A stretch of DNA of 33,562 nucleotides from a virus (Duplodnaviria; Heunggongvirae; Uroviricota; Caudoviricetes): IMG/VR virus record IMGVR_UViG_2850808358_000004; one strand, 5' to 3'. This document shows positions 8,117 through 18,187 of the stretch, piece by piece (position 1 is the stretch's first letter; each line of letters starts with the position of its first letter). Position numbers and translations under genes: made by a program. The notes beneath the pieces are model-generated. The model did not search any database, was not told the origin of the DNA, and was given only the letters and a program-made list of their open reading frames with translations.

Positions 8117-10605
8117 GTGAATTTACCTGGGACTGGAACGAACCACGGCAGGCCATTGACCCAGCCACATTTGCGAAGTATCAGCCTACGCCTGAAACCC
8201 CGTTGCAACAGGCCATACGCTACTACCAGGAAGCAGATCTGAAAGCACAGGAAGTCAGGGAGGCGGAAGAAGAAGCCTTTTTTGTGCAGTCAGACATGGG
8301 TAAAAAACTCATGGTCGCCCTCGATGAGGACGAACGGCGCGAGAAGGTAACACAAAGCATCATCAGCAAGCGCCAGGCAACAGAACAAGACCCGGTGGCC
8401 CGTGCATTTGTCACACTAAAGGCGCTACCTGTTTATCTGCGTGAACCTCTGAGCCGCCGCCTCTCTTTTTTACGTAAGAAGCAGGAATCTGACCGCCAGA
8501 AAGGCAAAAAGAGTCGACCATCAGAGGGCTACGCGCGCGGAACCCTGCGCAAAATATTCGAACGACTGGACCGCACCGACAGCCGCTGGCTGACACCGGG
8601 TTATCGCGCCCTTGCCGGACGCGAACGCCTGGACGATTTGCTGTACCTGCCGCAGCTTAACAAGCACCAGATACAGACGCTGGGCACCATGACGGCGGCA
8701 ATGTTCAGCAGCTCCTTTGAAACACTCTGTGATGGTTTCGGTGCCAGAGATGGCGAGCTGACCATGGAGGTGGCACTGAAGGCGTATCAGATGCTGGCCC
8801 GCATGGCGCTACACCTGCACGCCATGCCTCCACATTATGACGCGCTGACAACAGACAAAGACCGCAAGAACGAACCGGACACGGAACTGCTGCCGGGCGC
8901 AATCCTTCGCCTGACCTGTGCGGACTGGTGGAAACGCAAACTGTGGCTGTTACGTTGCGAGTGGAGAGAAGAACAACTCCGCGCCGCCTGTCTGGTTTCC
9001 AGAAAAACATCGCCCTATCTGAGCCAGGACGCGTTAAGTGAGTTTCGCGCACAGCGCGAGAAAACACGCGATTTCCTGAAAAGTTTCATGCTGGAAAATG
9101 AAGACGGGTTCACGATTGATCTCGAGACAGTGTATTACGCGGGAGTAAGTAACCCGGTTCACCGTAAGGCAGAAATGATGGCCACCATGAAAGGGGCGGA
9201 ACTTATAGCCGAATCCCGTGGCGACAAAGCGGTGTTTCTGACTGTCACCTGCCCGTCAAAATACCACGCAACAACGGAGAACGGTCATCCGAACCCCAAA
9301 TGGAACGGGGCTACCATGCGCGATTCCAGTGATTATCTGGTTAACACTTTTTTTAAAGCCGTTCGTAACAGACTGGACCGCAAGGGCCTGCGCTGGTATG
9401 GCATCCGCACGGTGGAGCCTCACCATGACGGCACGGTGCACTGGCATATGATGGTCTTTGCACATCCTGAAGAAATCGACAGCATCGTGACCATCGCCCG
9501 CGATATTGCCATTCGTGAAGACCGCCACGAGCTGGGCGATGACATAACTCCGCGCTTTAAGGCGGAGTACGTCGACGGTTCGAAAGGTACGCCGACCAGC
9601 TATATCGCCACCTACATCGGAAAGAACCTGGACAGCCACGCCGTGGATGGCATTGACCCGAAAACAGGCAAACCGCGCATCGACGACGAATCAGGAAAGA
9701 CGATGGCAGAAAGCGTGGAACGCGCCATCGGCTGGGCGCGCCTTCACCGGGTCCGCCAGTTCCAGTTCTTTGGCATCCCCTCCCGTCAGGTATGGCGTGA
9801 ACTGCGCCGCCTTGCCAGCCAGATGGCACGCAACCCGGAAGGCCCGCAACGGCTGAAGGATGACGCAATGGATGCGGTTCTTGCTGCCGCTGATGCCGGG
9901 TGTTTTGCCACCTACATAGAGAAACAGGGCGGCGTACTTGTTCCACGTAAGGACTACCTGATTCGCACCGCCTACGACCTCGCAGATGAGCTGAACGATT
10001 ACGGCGAACAGAGCGTACAGATTTACGGGATCTGGTCGCCACTCATCGGGGAATCCTCCCGTGTGTGCACGCATCCGGACAACTGGAAGCTGGTAAGACG
10101 TAAACCGGAAGCGGAAGACAGCGCCCGCGAAAATGGTTTTGACCTTCAGGGCGGCCCTGCCGCCCCTTGGACTCGTGGCAATAACTGTCCCGGTGACGAA
10201 AAAACAGCCGGAACCGGCACAGAAAACAGGCAGCGTGGGTCGCGGCTGACGCTTCCGGAAAGCGGCCTGGCGCACTGGTTGCAGACGTTAACCCGTCACG
10301 AGCGGAAACAGCTCATCAGACAGCTTAAAAATCAGCCGCCCACCACGGATACCGGACAAAATAACACCAGACCAGCATCAGACACCCCTGTCAGGGTGGA
10401 GGTTGTCGTGCCTGTCGACACCACGACCATCGCACAAATCACCCGCGAACTCGACGCGCTGGGTGTGCAGCTGCCTGACGCAGCCATTATTTCCGTGAGT
10501 AACGGTGCCCGCGTTCGCCCGGGCGACGGGCGTATCGCGTACTGGAGCGCCACAACCCGCCGTATCGTCATCACACAGGAGTCGTCAGCGGAGGTAAGAT
10601 CATGA
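8113..10605 (+). CDS. Replication initiation endonuclease, P2 gpA family (rolling-circle HUH initiator)
   Basis: HUH-type motif HHDGTVHWHMMVF and paired tyrosines in TSYIATYIGKN; start taken at ATG 8113 (ATGA overlap with upstream stop) rather than 8086 from the ORF track. Confidence 0.9.
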   Translation: MSEFTWDWNEPRQAIDPATFAKYQPTPETPLQQAIRYYQEADLKAQEVREAEEEAFFVQSDMGKKLMVALDEDERREKVTQSIISKRQATEQDPVARAFVTLKALPVYLREPLSRRLSFLRKKQESDRQKGKKSRPSEGYARGTLRKIFERLDRTDSRWLTPGYRALAGRERLDDLLYLPQLNKHQIQTLGTMTAAMFSSSFETLCDGFGARDGELTMEVALKAYQMLARMALHLHAMPPHYDALTTDKDRKNEPDTELLPGAILRLTCADWWKRKLWLLRCEWREEQLRAACLVSRKTSPYLSQDALSEFRAQREKTRDFLKSFMLENEDGFTIDLETVYYAGVSNPVHRKAEMMATMKGAELIAESRGDKAVFLTVTCPSKYHATTENGHPNPKWNGATMRDSSDYLVNTFFKAVRNRLDRKGLRWYGIRTVEPHHDGTVHWHMMVFAHPEEIDSIVTIARDIAIREDRHELGDDITPRFKAEYVDGSKGTPTSYIATYIGKNLDSHAVDGIDPKTGKPRIDDESGKTMAESVERAIGWARLHRVRQFQFFGIPSRQVWRELRRLASQMARNPEGPQRLKDDAMDAVLAAADAGCFATYIEKQGGVLVPRKDYLIRTAYDLADELNDYGEQSVQIYGIWSPLIGESSRVCTHPDNWKLVRRKPEAEDSARENGFDLQGGPAAPWTRGNNCPGDEKTAGTGTENRQRGSRLTLPESGLAHWLQTLTRHERKQLIRQLKNQPPTTDTGQNNTRPASDTPVRVEVVVPVDTTTIAQITRELDALGVQLPDAAIISVSNGARVRPGDGRIAYWSATTRRIVITQESSAEVRS

Positions 10606-11033
10606 CGCGATTTCACTGCACCATGCAGCGTCAGCAGTTCGACGCCGTTATGCGCCAGCGCACGCCAGCCATGACACTGAGAGGCGTAGCCACAAGACCA
10701 CAGCCCGGGGACGAACTGGAAATCACGGTGGCCAGCCCCGATCGCACCACCACAACCACCATCACCGACATACTTAACAGGCGACCGGGCAGTGAATATC
10801 AGAGCTGGACCATTGCCGTTCGCCCACGCCGTTCGCCGGAAGAACCGGAGCCGCTCACCCCGGCCGGAAAAATCATGCAGAAGTACCACGAAGAGCAGGC
10901 CCGCAAACACAATGTCGCGCTGGCCAGAACACTGACTGCCGTCAATCGCAAGGCCGCACTGGCGCGAAGGGTCTTTTCATCGCAGCACCCTTCATTCGCC
11001 AGACCGGCACAACACAGGAGAGATCCACAATGA
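10602..11033 (+). CDS. Hypothetical protein
   Basis: 143 aa, ATGA overlap with gpA stop. Confidence 0.45.
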   Translation: MTRFHCTMQRQQFDAVMRQRTPAMTLRGVATRPQPGDELEITVASPDRTTTTTITDILNRRPGSEYQSWTIAVRPRRSPEEPEPLTPAGKIMQKYHEEQARKHNVALARTLTAVNRKAALARRVFSSQHPSFARPAQHRRDPQ

Positions 11034-11278
11034 GAGAGCAATTACCAGACACCGTGCCAGTACAGGAAATCAAAGAAAATATCAGGCAACAACTTCACGG
11101 ATTTTATATTACTTATGATTTGTGGCTGAAAAACGGAGCAAATCCAGACGGAATATTTTCGCGAAACTGTGGTTTATGCGCCAGCCTCTGGGATTATCTC
11201 GAATTAACGGGTGCTGATAAAGAAGCCGCACTGGAGCTATTGCACATTGATTTCAGAAATGCCGGGCGAACCGCATAG
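11030..11278 (+). CDS. Hypothetical protein, AT-rich (possible moron)
   Basis: 82 aa, ATGA overlap with upstream gene; lower GC than flanks. Confidence 0.4.
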   Translation: MREQLPDTVPVQEIKENIRQQLHGFYITYDLWLKNGANPDGIFSRNCGLCASLWDYLELTGADKEAALELLHIDFRNAGRTA

Positions 11279-11333
11279 CGGTGAGTCTGTCAGGGCGAGG
11301 AAGCGGAAGATCCACCGCCCCACAGAATGGCAC

Positions 11334-11597
11334 TTACGCGCCATCACTGAGCAGAATATCCAGTGCCATTTGCCTTTCGTCTGGTTTAAGGCGCTGGAGC
11401 AATGCTTTAACGACACCATCAGTTTGCAGGTCACTGGGTGAAATCACGCGAAGATCGGAAAGATTGAGCGAAAAACGCATATTACAGTCAGAATTAGTGC
11501 AGGTGCAATAAACTACCGCCAGCGTTTTTGCGTCATCCTGCCATGCAGTTTTGCGTATAGCCGCCCGGCAGTGACACGCCGGACATTCAATTTTCAT
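11334..11597 (-). CDS. ogr: Ogr/Delta-family zinc-finger late-gene transcription activator
   Basis: MKIECPAC...(26 aa)...CTNSDCNMRF matches the Ogr/Delta CxxC-Xn-CxxxxC zinc-finger pattern; start taken at Met5 of ORF 11334..11609. Confidence 0.6.
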   Translation of the reverse strand: MKIECPACHCRAAIRKTAWQDDAKTLAVVYCTCTNSDCNMRFSLNLSDLRVISPSDLQTDGVVKALLQRLKPDERQMALDILLSDGA

Positions 11598-11659
11598 CAC
11601 ACCCGCCATAACCCCCCCACAATCTGACCGGTTGCAGGGGTAATATAGTCTTTTTCGGG

Positions 11660-12714
11660 TTATTTTTCATCAGCCAGCGCAGACACCACATTTTCCACAT
11701 CTTCCAGCGTAAAATTAAGGTGTAACGACGGGGGGATTTCGGGATCGCTGTTCACAGCCTGCATGAATTTACGGCAGACAGGTGTCACTTCATCCCGTCC
11801 ATAGGTTGTCCTTGCCTTATCGGGATCGCCAAGTCCGCTCGCATTTTGCGGGATAATACCGGCAAGACCAGCCGGAAAGCGGTGCGCCGTAAGAACATCC
11901 TGAGCGCTGATATTCTTCACATTTGAAAACTCATCTTTTTGCTGAATATCCCCAACCGGAATAATTTTAATCCCGTCCGGTTGCCCTTTTGGGATACTGA
12001 TAAACATGTTACGGAAATTCCCAAGCCCGTTACCGCTCTCTATTTTTTTACGTATAGCTTCTTCAGCCTCAACAGACATATTCGGGTCGGACGCGTACAT
12101 GATGAACCCCATATGCGCACCGTTGTGATAGTAGCGACGTCTGAAAATGGTCGCCTCACTGTTCAGTAACGCTGAATGAATACCACCGATATAATCAGGC
12201 AGTCCATAAATCTGCTGTCGCGGATCATGCATACGTAAAAACACAACATCAGACGGCGAATAGACCAGCGGCTCGCCCTCCTGTAACACGATAAAATCAA
12301 GTTGCTTGCTGCGACGCAGATACAAAGACGGTAATGGTGCCAGCGCCACCACCCGTCCCCACCCGTTACGGACCTTCAGAATGGCCACATCACCAAACAG
12401 CAGGTAGTCAAAGACAGCCATTTCCATCTGATCGGTCGTCAGTCCACCCCCCTGGTAGCTGGCACACACCATATTTTTGCGTGCATACAGTACGCCGCCA
12501 TGCTGGGCGTTAAGGTTCGGCAACTGCGCGAGCGCAAGTCTGTCTATTGGTAGTGTCCAGTAGTTGTAGCTACCGTTATACCAGACGTTGATGTATTCCG
12601 TGCCGGTAGTCAGTATCGGTTCCGGCTCCCAAAAGTGATAATATTGCCGCGTCCGGGAGTAAAATTTTCTGTCTGTGCCCGTTTACGCAGGCGTGCGCTT
12701 TTACGTTTACTCAT
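11660..12714 (-). CDS. Portal protein (P2 gpQ family), frameshift near 12620-12630
   Basis: ORF 11660..12523 contains QQIYGLPDY...LNSEATIFRRRYYHNGAHMGFIMY as in P2 gpQ; N-terminus MSKRKSARLRKRAQTENF from ATG 12714 is in a different frame and terminates; joining frames at a T4/G3 run restores ...IITFGEPEPILTTGTEYINVWYNG... Confidence 0.85.
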
Positions 12715-14533
12715 GCAGCCTTCCCGAATGCCCACACCGAGGGGCGGTCATATTCATAGTCGAGCGGTTCATTACAGACCGCGTGCGATATGGCAAAAAA
12801 TACGTCCGCGTGACCGGTCGTTTCGCTGCGTTCGGCGGCGAACGTCATTGCATTCTGACTGGCAGTCATTACACGGCGGATGGCCATAAATGCCAGCGGG
12901 ATATCGGCACGTTCTTTTGTCACCTCATCAACCGCATCTTTCACCCACTGGATACGTCGCCGCTCAATGAGGTCAATCATCTTAAGCACCAGTTTATTTT
13001 TATTATCAACACTGTAGTTAATCCCCATCACCTCACGCGGTGCGGAGCGTACCAGTTGATCATAAACACCCCGGCCAATACCCGTGATATCCACCCCGAT
13101 ATGCGTAAACCGGTAGCGTTTCATTAATTCTTCAATCTGCTTAACCTGCCAGGTGAAGTTAAGCCCCACCCACTGGTAGACAGCCAGCACGCGAAATTTT
13201 TCTTCAGGCTCAACAGGCGGGGCCACAATAACAAATGTTGAGTTATCACCCGTTCGTGACGGATCAAAACCACCCCACACCTCACGATTACCAAAAGGCC
13301 GTAATGCGGAGGGGTCGAAGTCCTGCCAGATGCCGAACTCAACCTCACATTTTTCAAGGTCTGAGAATTTAAATACTGTGTCGCGGGAGTCAGTGAACTC
13401 ACACATGTACAGCATGGCAAACGCCGTGGCGCTGTAGCGGTTACGCAGCTTCTCAATGTTAACTCTGGCACTGAGTCCCTTAGCGCACGCATCCTCCATT
13501 GTGATGACATAGCGCCAGATCCCGTCAGGGCAGACCTGTCCACCTTTACGCAATTCCTTGCTGGTCGGGAACTCCGCCGCCTTACGTTTCGGATCGTCGC
13601 CCTTCCATTCATCCCCTGTCCACAGCCTGTAAGCCTGGTGCGTTTTAGCGCTGGGGTTGAAAAATAGGTAATACGGAATTCGTCATGCGTCGCCATCGCT
13701 GACGCCACTTCATGCAGGCGGGCAAATTTCGGTATCCAGAAGACCTCATCCCCGTACAGGTCGCCACTGTAGGACTGCGCCGTATTGGGATTGGTCGCCA
13801 GAAAACGCAGTATCGCACCATTGCTGAGGCGAATCGGGTTGCCTTTAAGCTCGACACCAAAGAATTGCTGCGCAATACTGAGAATATAGAAACGGAAAAC
13901 TTCCGCCTGGGGTTTACTGGCGGAAAAGAATATCTGATTCTTGCCCGTGAGAACGGCCTTTTCAAACCCTTCCCATGCAAAATAGTAGGTAAATCCTTCC
14001 TGTCGCCCTTTCAGAATGAAGCGGAACAGTTCGTCGCCGTGCTCACGCACATATTGCTGATATTCAAACAGATGACCATTCGCTTTTTCATCAAATATTT
14101 CTTTTGTCAGTCCGCCGACATCATTTTTACGTAGTCGCTTCCTTTTTTTACCACCTTCGTCATTCCCTTCTTCACTGCTACCCTGTCGGCCATCATTGAC
14201 CACCACGCCGGTATTGACCATCGCCCGGATCTCTTCCATCCGTTCAGCATGTTTGTTCTTCTGCGCCATCAGCCTGACGTGCTGGAATATCAGGAAGCGC
14301 AGCTCTTCAAGCTCAAGCTCGCTTTTACCATCCTTGCAGGTCAGTCGTTCCACTCGCCGGGCGACAGCCACTTCCACCGACTCGGCTGGTAACATTTCAT
14401 TCCATTGCCCCCGGACAGCCCAGTTATAAACGGTACGCACAGGAAGCCCCAGCGTGGCCGCTATCTCTTTTGGTGTACTGAATTTCAGATACAGGGCGCG
14501 GGCAGCGTCCCTGACTTCTTCGGTATATTTCAT
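12711..14533 (-). CDS. Terminase large (ATPase) subunit, P2 gpP family, frameshift near 13570-13600
   Basis: Two overlapping ORF-track pieces in different frames (13124..14728 N-terminal, 12711..13553 C-terminal); start assigned to MKYTEEV at 14533; joined length about 606 aa; frames meet at ...ITYFSTPA / KTHQAYRLWTGDEW in T/C/A homopolymer runs. Confidence 0.85.
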
Positions 14534-14690
14534 TCGCCCATCATAAAGAGCAATAACACTCTGAAATATCGTTAAATTTTGGCATTTTTCGCACATAAAA
14601 TCATATACGAAAAGCCCGGATTCAGAACGAATGAAACCCGCGAAAACAGCCGCAATAATACCGCCAGATACATCAAAAAGCGGTAATGAA

Positions 14691-15803
14691 ATGGCAAAGC
14701 AGAAATACACCACTGACTGGATATGCATAGCAACCGAAGGCTACGCCATCGACGGTCGCCCCATTACCCGCGAAATGATCCAGCAGGCCGCTGACAACTA
14801 CAGCACCGCCAGATACACAGCGATGATCTGGCCTAATCACCCCGTATACAGTCTTCAGGAGCGAGAATTTACCCCCAATCTGGGGCTTGTTTCCGAGCTG
14901 GCGGCTAAAGAAGACGCCGGAAGACTGCGCCTTATGGCGAAGCTGGAGCCTAACCAGGCGCTGGTTAACCTTAACGATCGCGGCCAGAAGCTCTTTACCT
15001 CGTGCGAGTTCTGGGAGAACTATGCCAACACCGGGCAAACCTATCTGTACGGGCTGGCAGCAACCGACAGTCCGGCAAGTCTGGGAACCCAGCGCATGGA
15101 AATCAAATCAGTGGAAAACAACACACAGGGCTCACGTCCGCAGTATGCCGCCGCTGGAAATATTGAAATGTTCAGTCTTGGGCGTCTGACGCTGGTCGCT
15201 GACACCCCAACAAACCATCATGAGGATAAATCCATGACTAAAGAACAGGCGAACCAGTTGCTAGCCCAGATTGTCACTCTGACGGCAAAAATTGACGCGC
15301 AGGCGAACACGCAACCACAGGCACAGCAACCCGCACCGGCGCAGCCCACGGCATCCGCAACAGCAGACACACAGCCAGTAACCGGGGATTTCAGCGCTCA
15401 CGCTAATCACGTTGCGGAGCTGAGTGAAAAGCTTTCCGTTGCCACTGACACACTGGCCATCAACCCGAAAGACGACACGGCACGCCAGAACTACACCACC
15501 GCCGTGACGGAGCTACAGACCGCACTTAACACCTTTACGGTGCAGCCACAGGATGCTGAAACCGCAAAACTCCAGGCACGTATCGCCGCCCGTAATGGCG
15601 GACAACAGCCAGCGCCAGCCGCAGCGCAGAATTTCAGTACCCGGAAGACGGAAAAAGATGATGAGGCCGACGCCGCCACACTGACAACGCTTACCAGTGC
15701 AATCGAAAATCTGAGCCAGCGTTTTTCGGTCATTGAAAGCCAGCGCACACCGACGCCGGGCGCAGCCCCCGGCGGACAACCCGCGCAGTTTGAGCCGCTG
15801 TAA
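14691..15803 (+). CDS. Capsid scaffolding protein (P2 gpO family) with expanded Q/A/P-rich linker
   Basis: MAKQKYTTDWICIATEGYAIDGRPI... and FWENYANTGQTYLYGLAATDSPASLGT match the gpO N-terminal domain; start taken at Met21 of the ORF-track entry. Confidence 0.8.
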   Translation: MAKQKYTTDWICIATEGYAIDGRPITREMIQQAADNYSTARYTAMIWPNHPVYSLQEREFTPNLGLVSELAAKEDAGRLRLMAKLEPNQALVNLNDRGQKLFTSCEFWENYANTGQTYLYGLAATDSPASLGTQRMEIKSVENNTQGSRPQYAAAGNIEMFSLGRLTLVADTPTNHHEDKSMTKEQANQLLAQIVTLTAKIDAQANTQPQAQQPAPAQPTASATADTQPVTGDFSAHANHVAELSEKLSVATDTLAINPKDDTARQNYTTAVTELQTALNTFTVQPQDAETAKLQARIAARNGGQQPAPAAAQNFSTRKTEKDDEADAATLTTLTSAIENLSQRFSVIESQRTPTPGAAPGGQPAQFEPL

Positions 15804-15850
15804 GCGGTCGTTGAGAAAAACAGACAAAAGGACCAACCGGAGAAAAACCA

Positions 15851-16900
15851 ATGGCCGCACAGATGTTATCACCACAGGCGCAAAAGTTTTTGCGTAATTA
15901 CGCCATTTCGATGGCAAAAGCCAATGGCGTATTTACAGCACAACAGTTTTTTTACCATCAGCCCACCACGTGAAACCCTGCTACGCGATGCCCTGATTGA
16001 GAATGCCGACCCGTTCATGGGCAAGATCACCGTCATGCTGGTCGAACAGCTTGTCGGCCAGGTAGTCAGTACCGGAATTCCGGGCTGTATACCGGGCGCA
16101 AGAAAGACGGACGCTTCAATAAAGCGCTGGGGAGTGAAGGCAACGAGTACAAGCTTTACGAAGTGGATTCCGGTTCATTCCTGGACTACACCACCCTGAC
16201 CAACTGGGCAAACGCAGGCACCGAAAACGAGTTCTATAACCGTCTTCAGGCGTTCTTTTACAAGTCAGTCACCAACGACCTGTTACGCGTGGCACTGAAC
16301 GGTACGCATGCCGCAGATGAAACCAATCCTGATACCTGCCCGAACGGGGAAGATATTCACCCGGGATGGCATCAGATTGTTAAAGCGCGCACACCAAAAC
16401 AGATCATTACTGACAAGGTCGTATTGAACCGTACAGGAACCGGGGCTGATTTTACGTCTGTTGATGCTATTGCCGCCGATGTAATTAATACCTGCATTCC
16501 ACCCGAATTCCGTCAACACCCGGATCTGGTTGTACTGGTATCACAGAACATTATCGCAGCAGATACGGTCAGTATGCTGAACCGCATCGACCGCCCGACA
16601 GAAAAAGTCGCCGCCCAGCTTATCAACCGTGAGATCGCCGGACGCAAGTCATTCAGTCCGCCATTTATGCCGGATAACCGCCTGGTTGTCACCACGCTCT
16701 GGAATCTGCATATGTACTTCCAGCGCGGAACACAGCAACGCCGTGCTGAATGGATTGATGACCGCAAACGCTTCGAAAACAACTGGCTGCGTATGCAGGG
16801 TTGCGCCGTGGAATATGACGCACTCTACGGTTCATTTGACAACATTGAACTGGCGGGACTGCCATCACCTGAACATGCGAAACCAAACCAGGTAGCATAA
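15851..16900 (+). CDS. Major capsid protein (P2 gpN family), interrupted by two frameshifts (about 15945-15951 and 16080-16090)
   Basis: Three consecutive frames: 15851 (MAAQMLSPQAQKFLRNYAISMAKANGVFTAQQFF), 15924..16199 and 16163..16900 (DPDLVVLVSQNIIAADTVSMLN...YFQRGTQQRRAEWIDDRKRFEN like gpN); shifts fall in a T7 run and a GGG run. Confidence 0.85.
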
Positions 16901-16911
16901 CGGTCTGACGT

Positions 16912-17580
16912 ATGCAGACTCCGGCGCAAAAGTTCAGAGCCAGACTGGCCGCGCAGCAGGCGATGGAACGCCACGAGGCACTGACCGTACGCGACAGTCT
17001 TCATCTGCAACTGGCGCAACTGGAAATCGACTGCAGGGCTGTGAGCAGTTGCGCCACCAACGCCGATCGTGTGGCATTCAAGCGTGAATCCCTGCTGCCG
17101 CGCTGGATGCCGACGATTGAGGCGTGGCTGCAAAGCGGCGAGGAGTACAAATACATCCCGTTTACCTGGTGCATCGTCTGGCTGTTTGATACCGGCGAAA
17201 TGGACAAAGCCCTGGAATGGGCCGATATCGCCATCGGGCAGAATCAACCCATGCCACCACGCTTTGACCGTGATTTGCCAACGTTCGTTGCCGATGAGGT
17301 CATGCAGTGGGCACAGATTCAGTTTGATAAAGGCCTTTCCGTCGAGCCCTATTTCAGCCGCGTGATGAGCCATATCGAAAAAGACTGGACACTGCACGAA
17401 GAGATAGTTGCCAGATGGTACAAATTCGCCGGTCTTAACCTGTTACGGGACAGCGATGGCAAACCGACAACCCCGGCCGCCATTTACGACGTGGCGAAAC
17501 TACGTAGCGCCGATGAGTGGATGGCCCGTGCGCACAGCACCACCCCAAAGCAGGTGTTCGCGCCATACGAAACAAAATAG
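16912..17580 (+). CDS. Terminase small (endonuclease) subunit, P2 gpM family
   Basis: 222 aa, position between capsid and head completion genes as in P2 ONML; assignment by synteny and size. Confidence 0.65.
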   Translation: MQTPAQKFRARLAAQQAMERHEALTVRDSLHLQLAQLEIDCRAVSSCATNADRVAFKRESLLPRWMPTIEAWLQSGEEYKYIPFTWCIVWLFDTGEMDKALEWADIAIGQNQPMPPRFDRDLPTFVADEVMQWAQIQFDKGLSVEPYFSRVMSHIEKDWTLHEEIVARWYKFAGLNLLRDSDGKPTTPAAIYDVAKLRSADEWMARAHSTTPKQVFAPYETK

Positions 17581-17716
17581 CCGCCCGTCTGCGCGCATTA
17601 CGGGCGGTATAACGAAAGCCCCACGGCTTCAGGCGGGCACGGTGAGGATGACACGCACAAGCGTCAGTCATGCCGCAGAACCGTTCGCCCGACCTGACCT
17701 ACACAGAGAATCAGTC

Positions 17717-18187
17717 ATGAACCTGAAACCAGGCTACAGCACAGACCAGAACACAGACACTGCTACAGGCATGCTTAAAAATGATGGCTTCTGGCCGGAT
17801 CTGGTCATGGCTGATTTTCGCAGAAGCCGAACTATCCCACTGGATATCCCTGCATCACTGGCAGAACAGGCGTTATTGTCTGCCGTCTTTGAGGTGAACA
17901 CCGCACTGACCGGTGTGAAATCCCGCTACGTAGTGCAGGGAATAGCGCAGGCGGCGGACGTGGAAGGCCCGCAACTTAACGGCGAAAGCGCCCTTTGCGC
18001 ACAGTACAAAAAAGCGGTCTTTGCCCGCGCCAAAGCCGATCTTCTCGGTGAGTTTACGGCGGTGAACACCCGCCACGCCGACAGCAATATCGACAGTAAT
18101 GACACCCGCGAAACCCTGCTTGCTGAAGCGGCCTTTGTGCTGCGTGCTATCCAGGGCGCAGGCCGTGTGGGAGTGTACATCTTATGA
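17717..18187 (+). CDS. Head completion/stabilisation protein (P2 gpL family)
   Basis: Start at ATG 17717 (MNLKPGY...), 156 aa; ORF-track entry 17408..18187 is extended upstream only because no stop intervenes. Confidence 0.65.
   Translation: MNLKPGYSTDQNTDTATGMLKNDGFWPDLVMADFRRSRTIPLDIPASLAEQALLSAVFEVNTALTGVKSRYVVQGIAQAADVEGPQLNGESALCAQYKKAVFARAKADLLGEFTAVNTRHADSNIDSNDTRETLLAEAAFVLRAIQGAGRVGVYIL

Noticed and set aside
9256-10275. Minus-strand ORFs of 127-194 aa inside the replication gene
   Set aside because: Antisense to a confidently identified conserved gene; R/G/P-rich composition typical of spurious frames in GC-rich coding DNA
12635-13127. Plus-strand ORFs (84 and 150 aa) overlapping the terminase gene
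   Set aside because: Antisense to the large terminase gene; no RBS or protein-like features
13645-14429. ORFs of 77-140 aa on both strands within the terminase N-terminal region
   Set aside because: Overlap the terminase coding frame; shadow ORFs
14534-14690. Ogr-type late promoter dyad (TGT-N12-ACA) in the terminase/scaffold divergent region
   Set aside because: No TGT trinucleotide found on the plus strand in this interval by eye, so no feature reported; late promoters may use a different activator site
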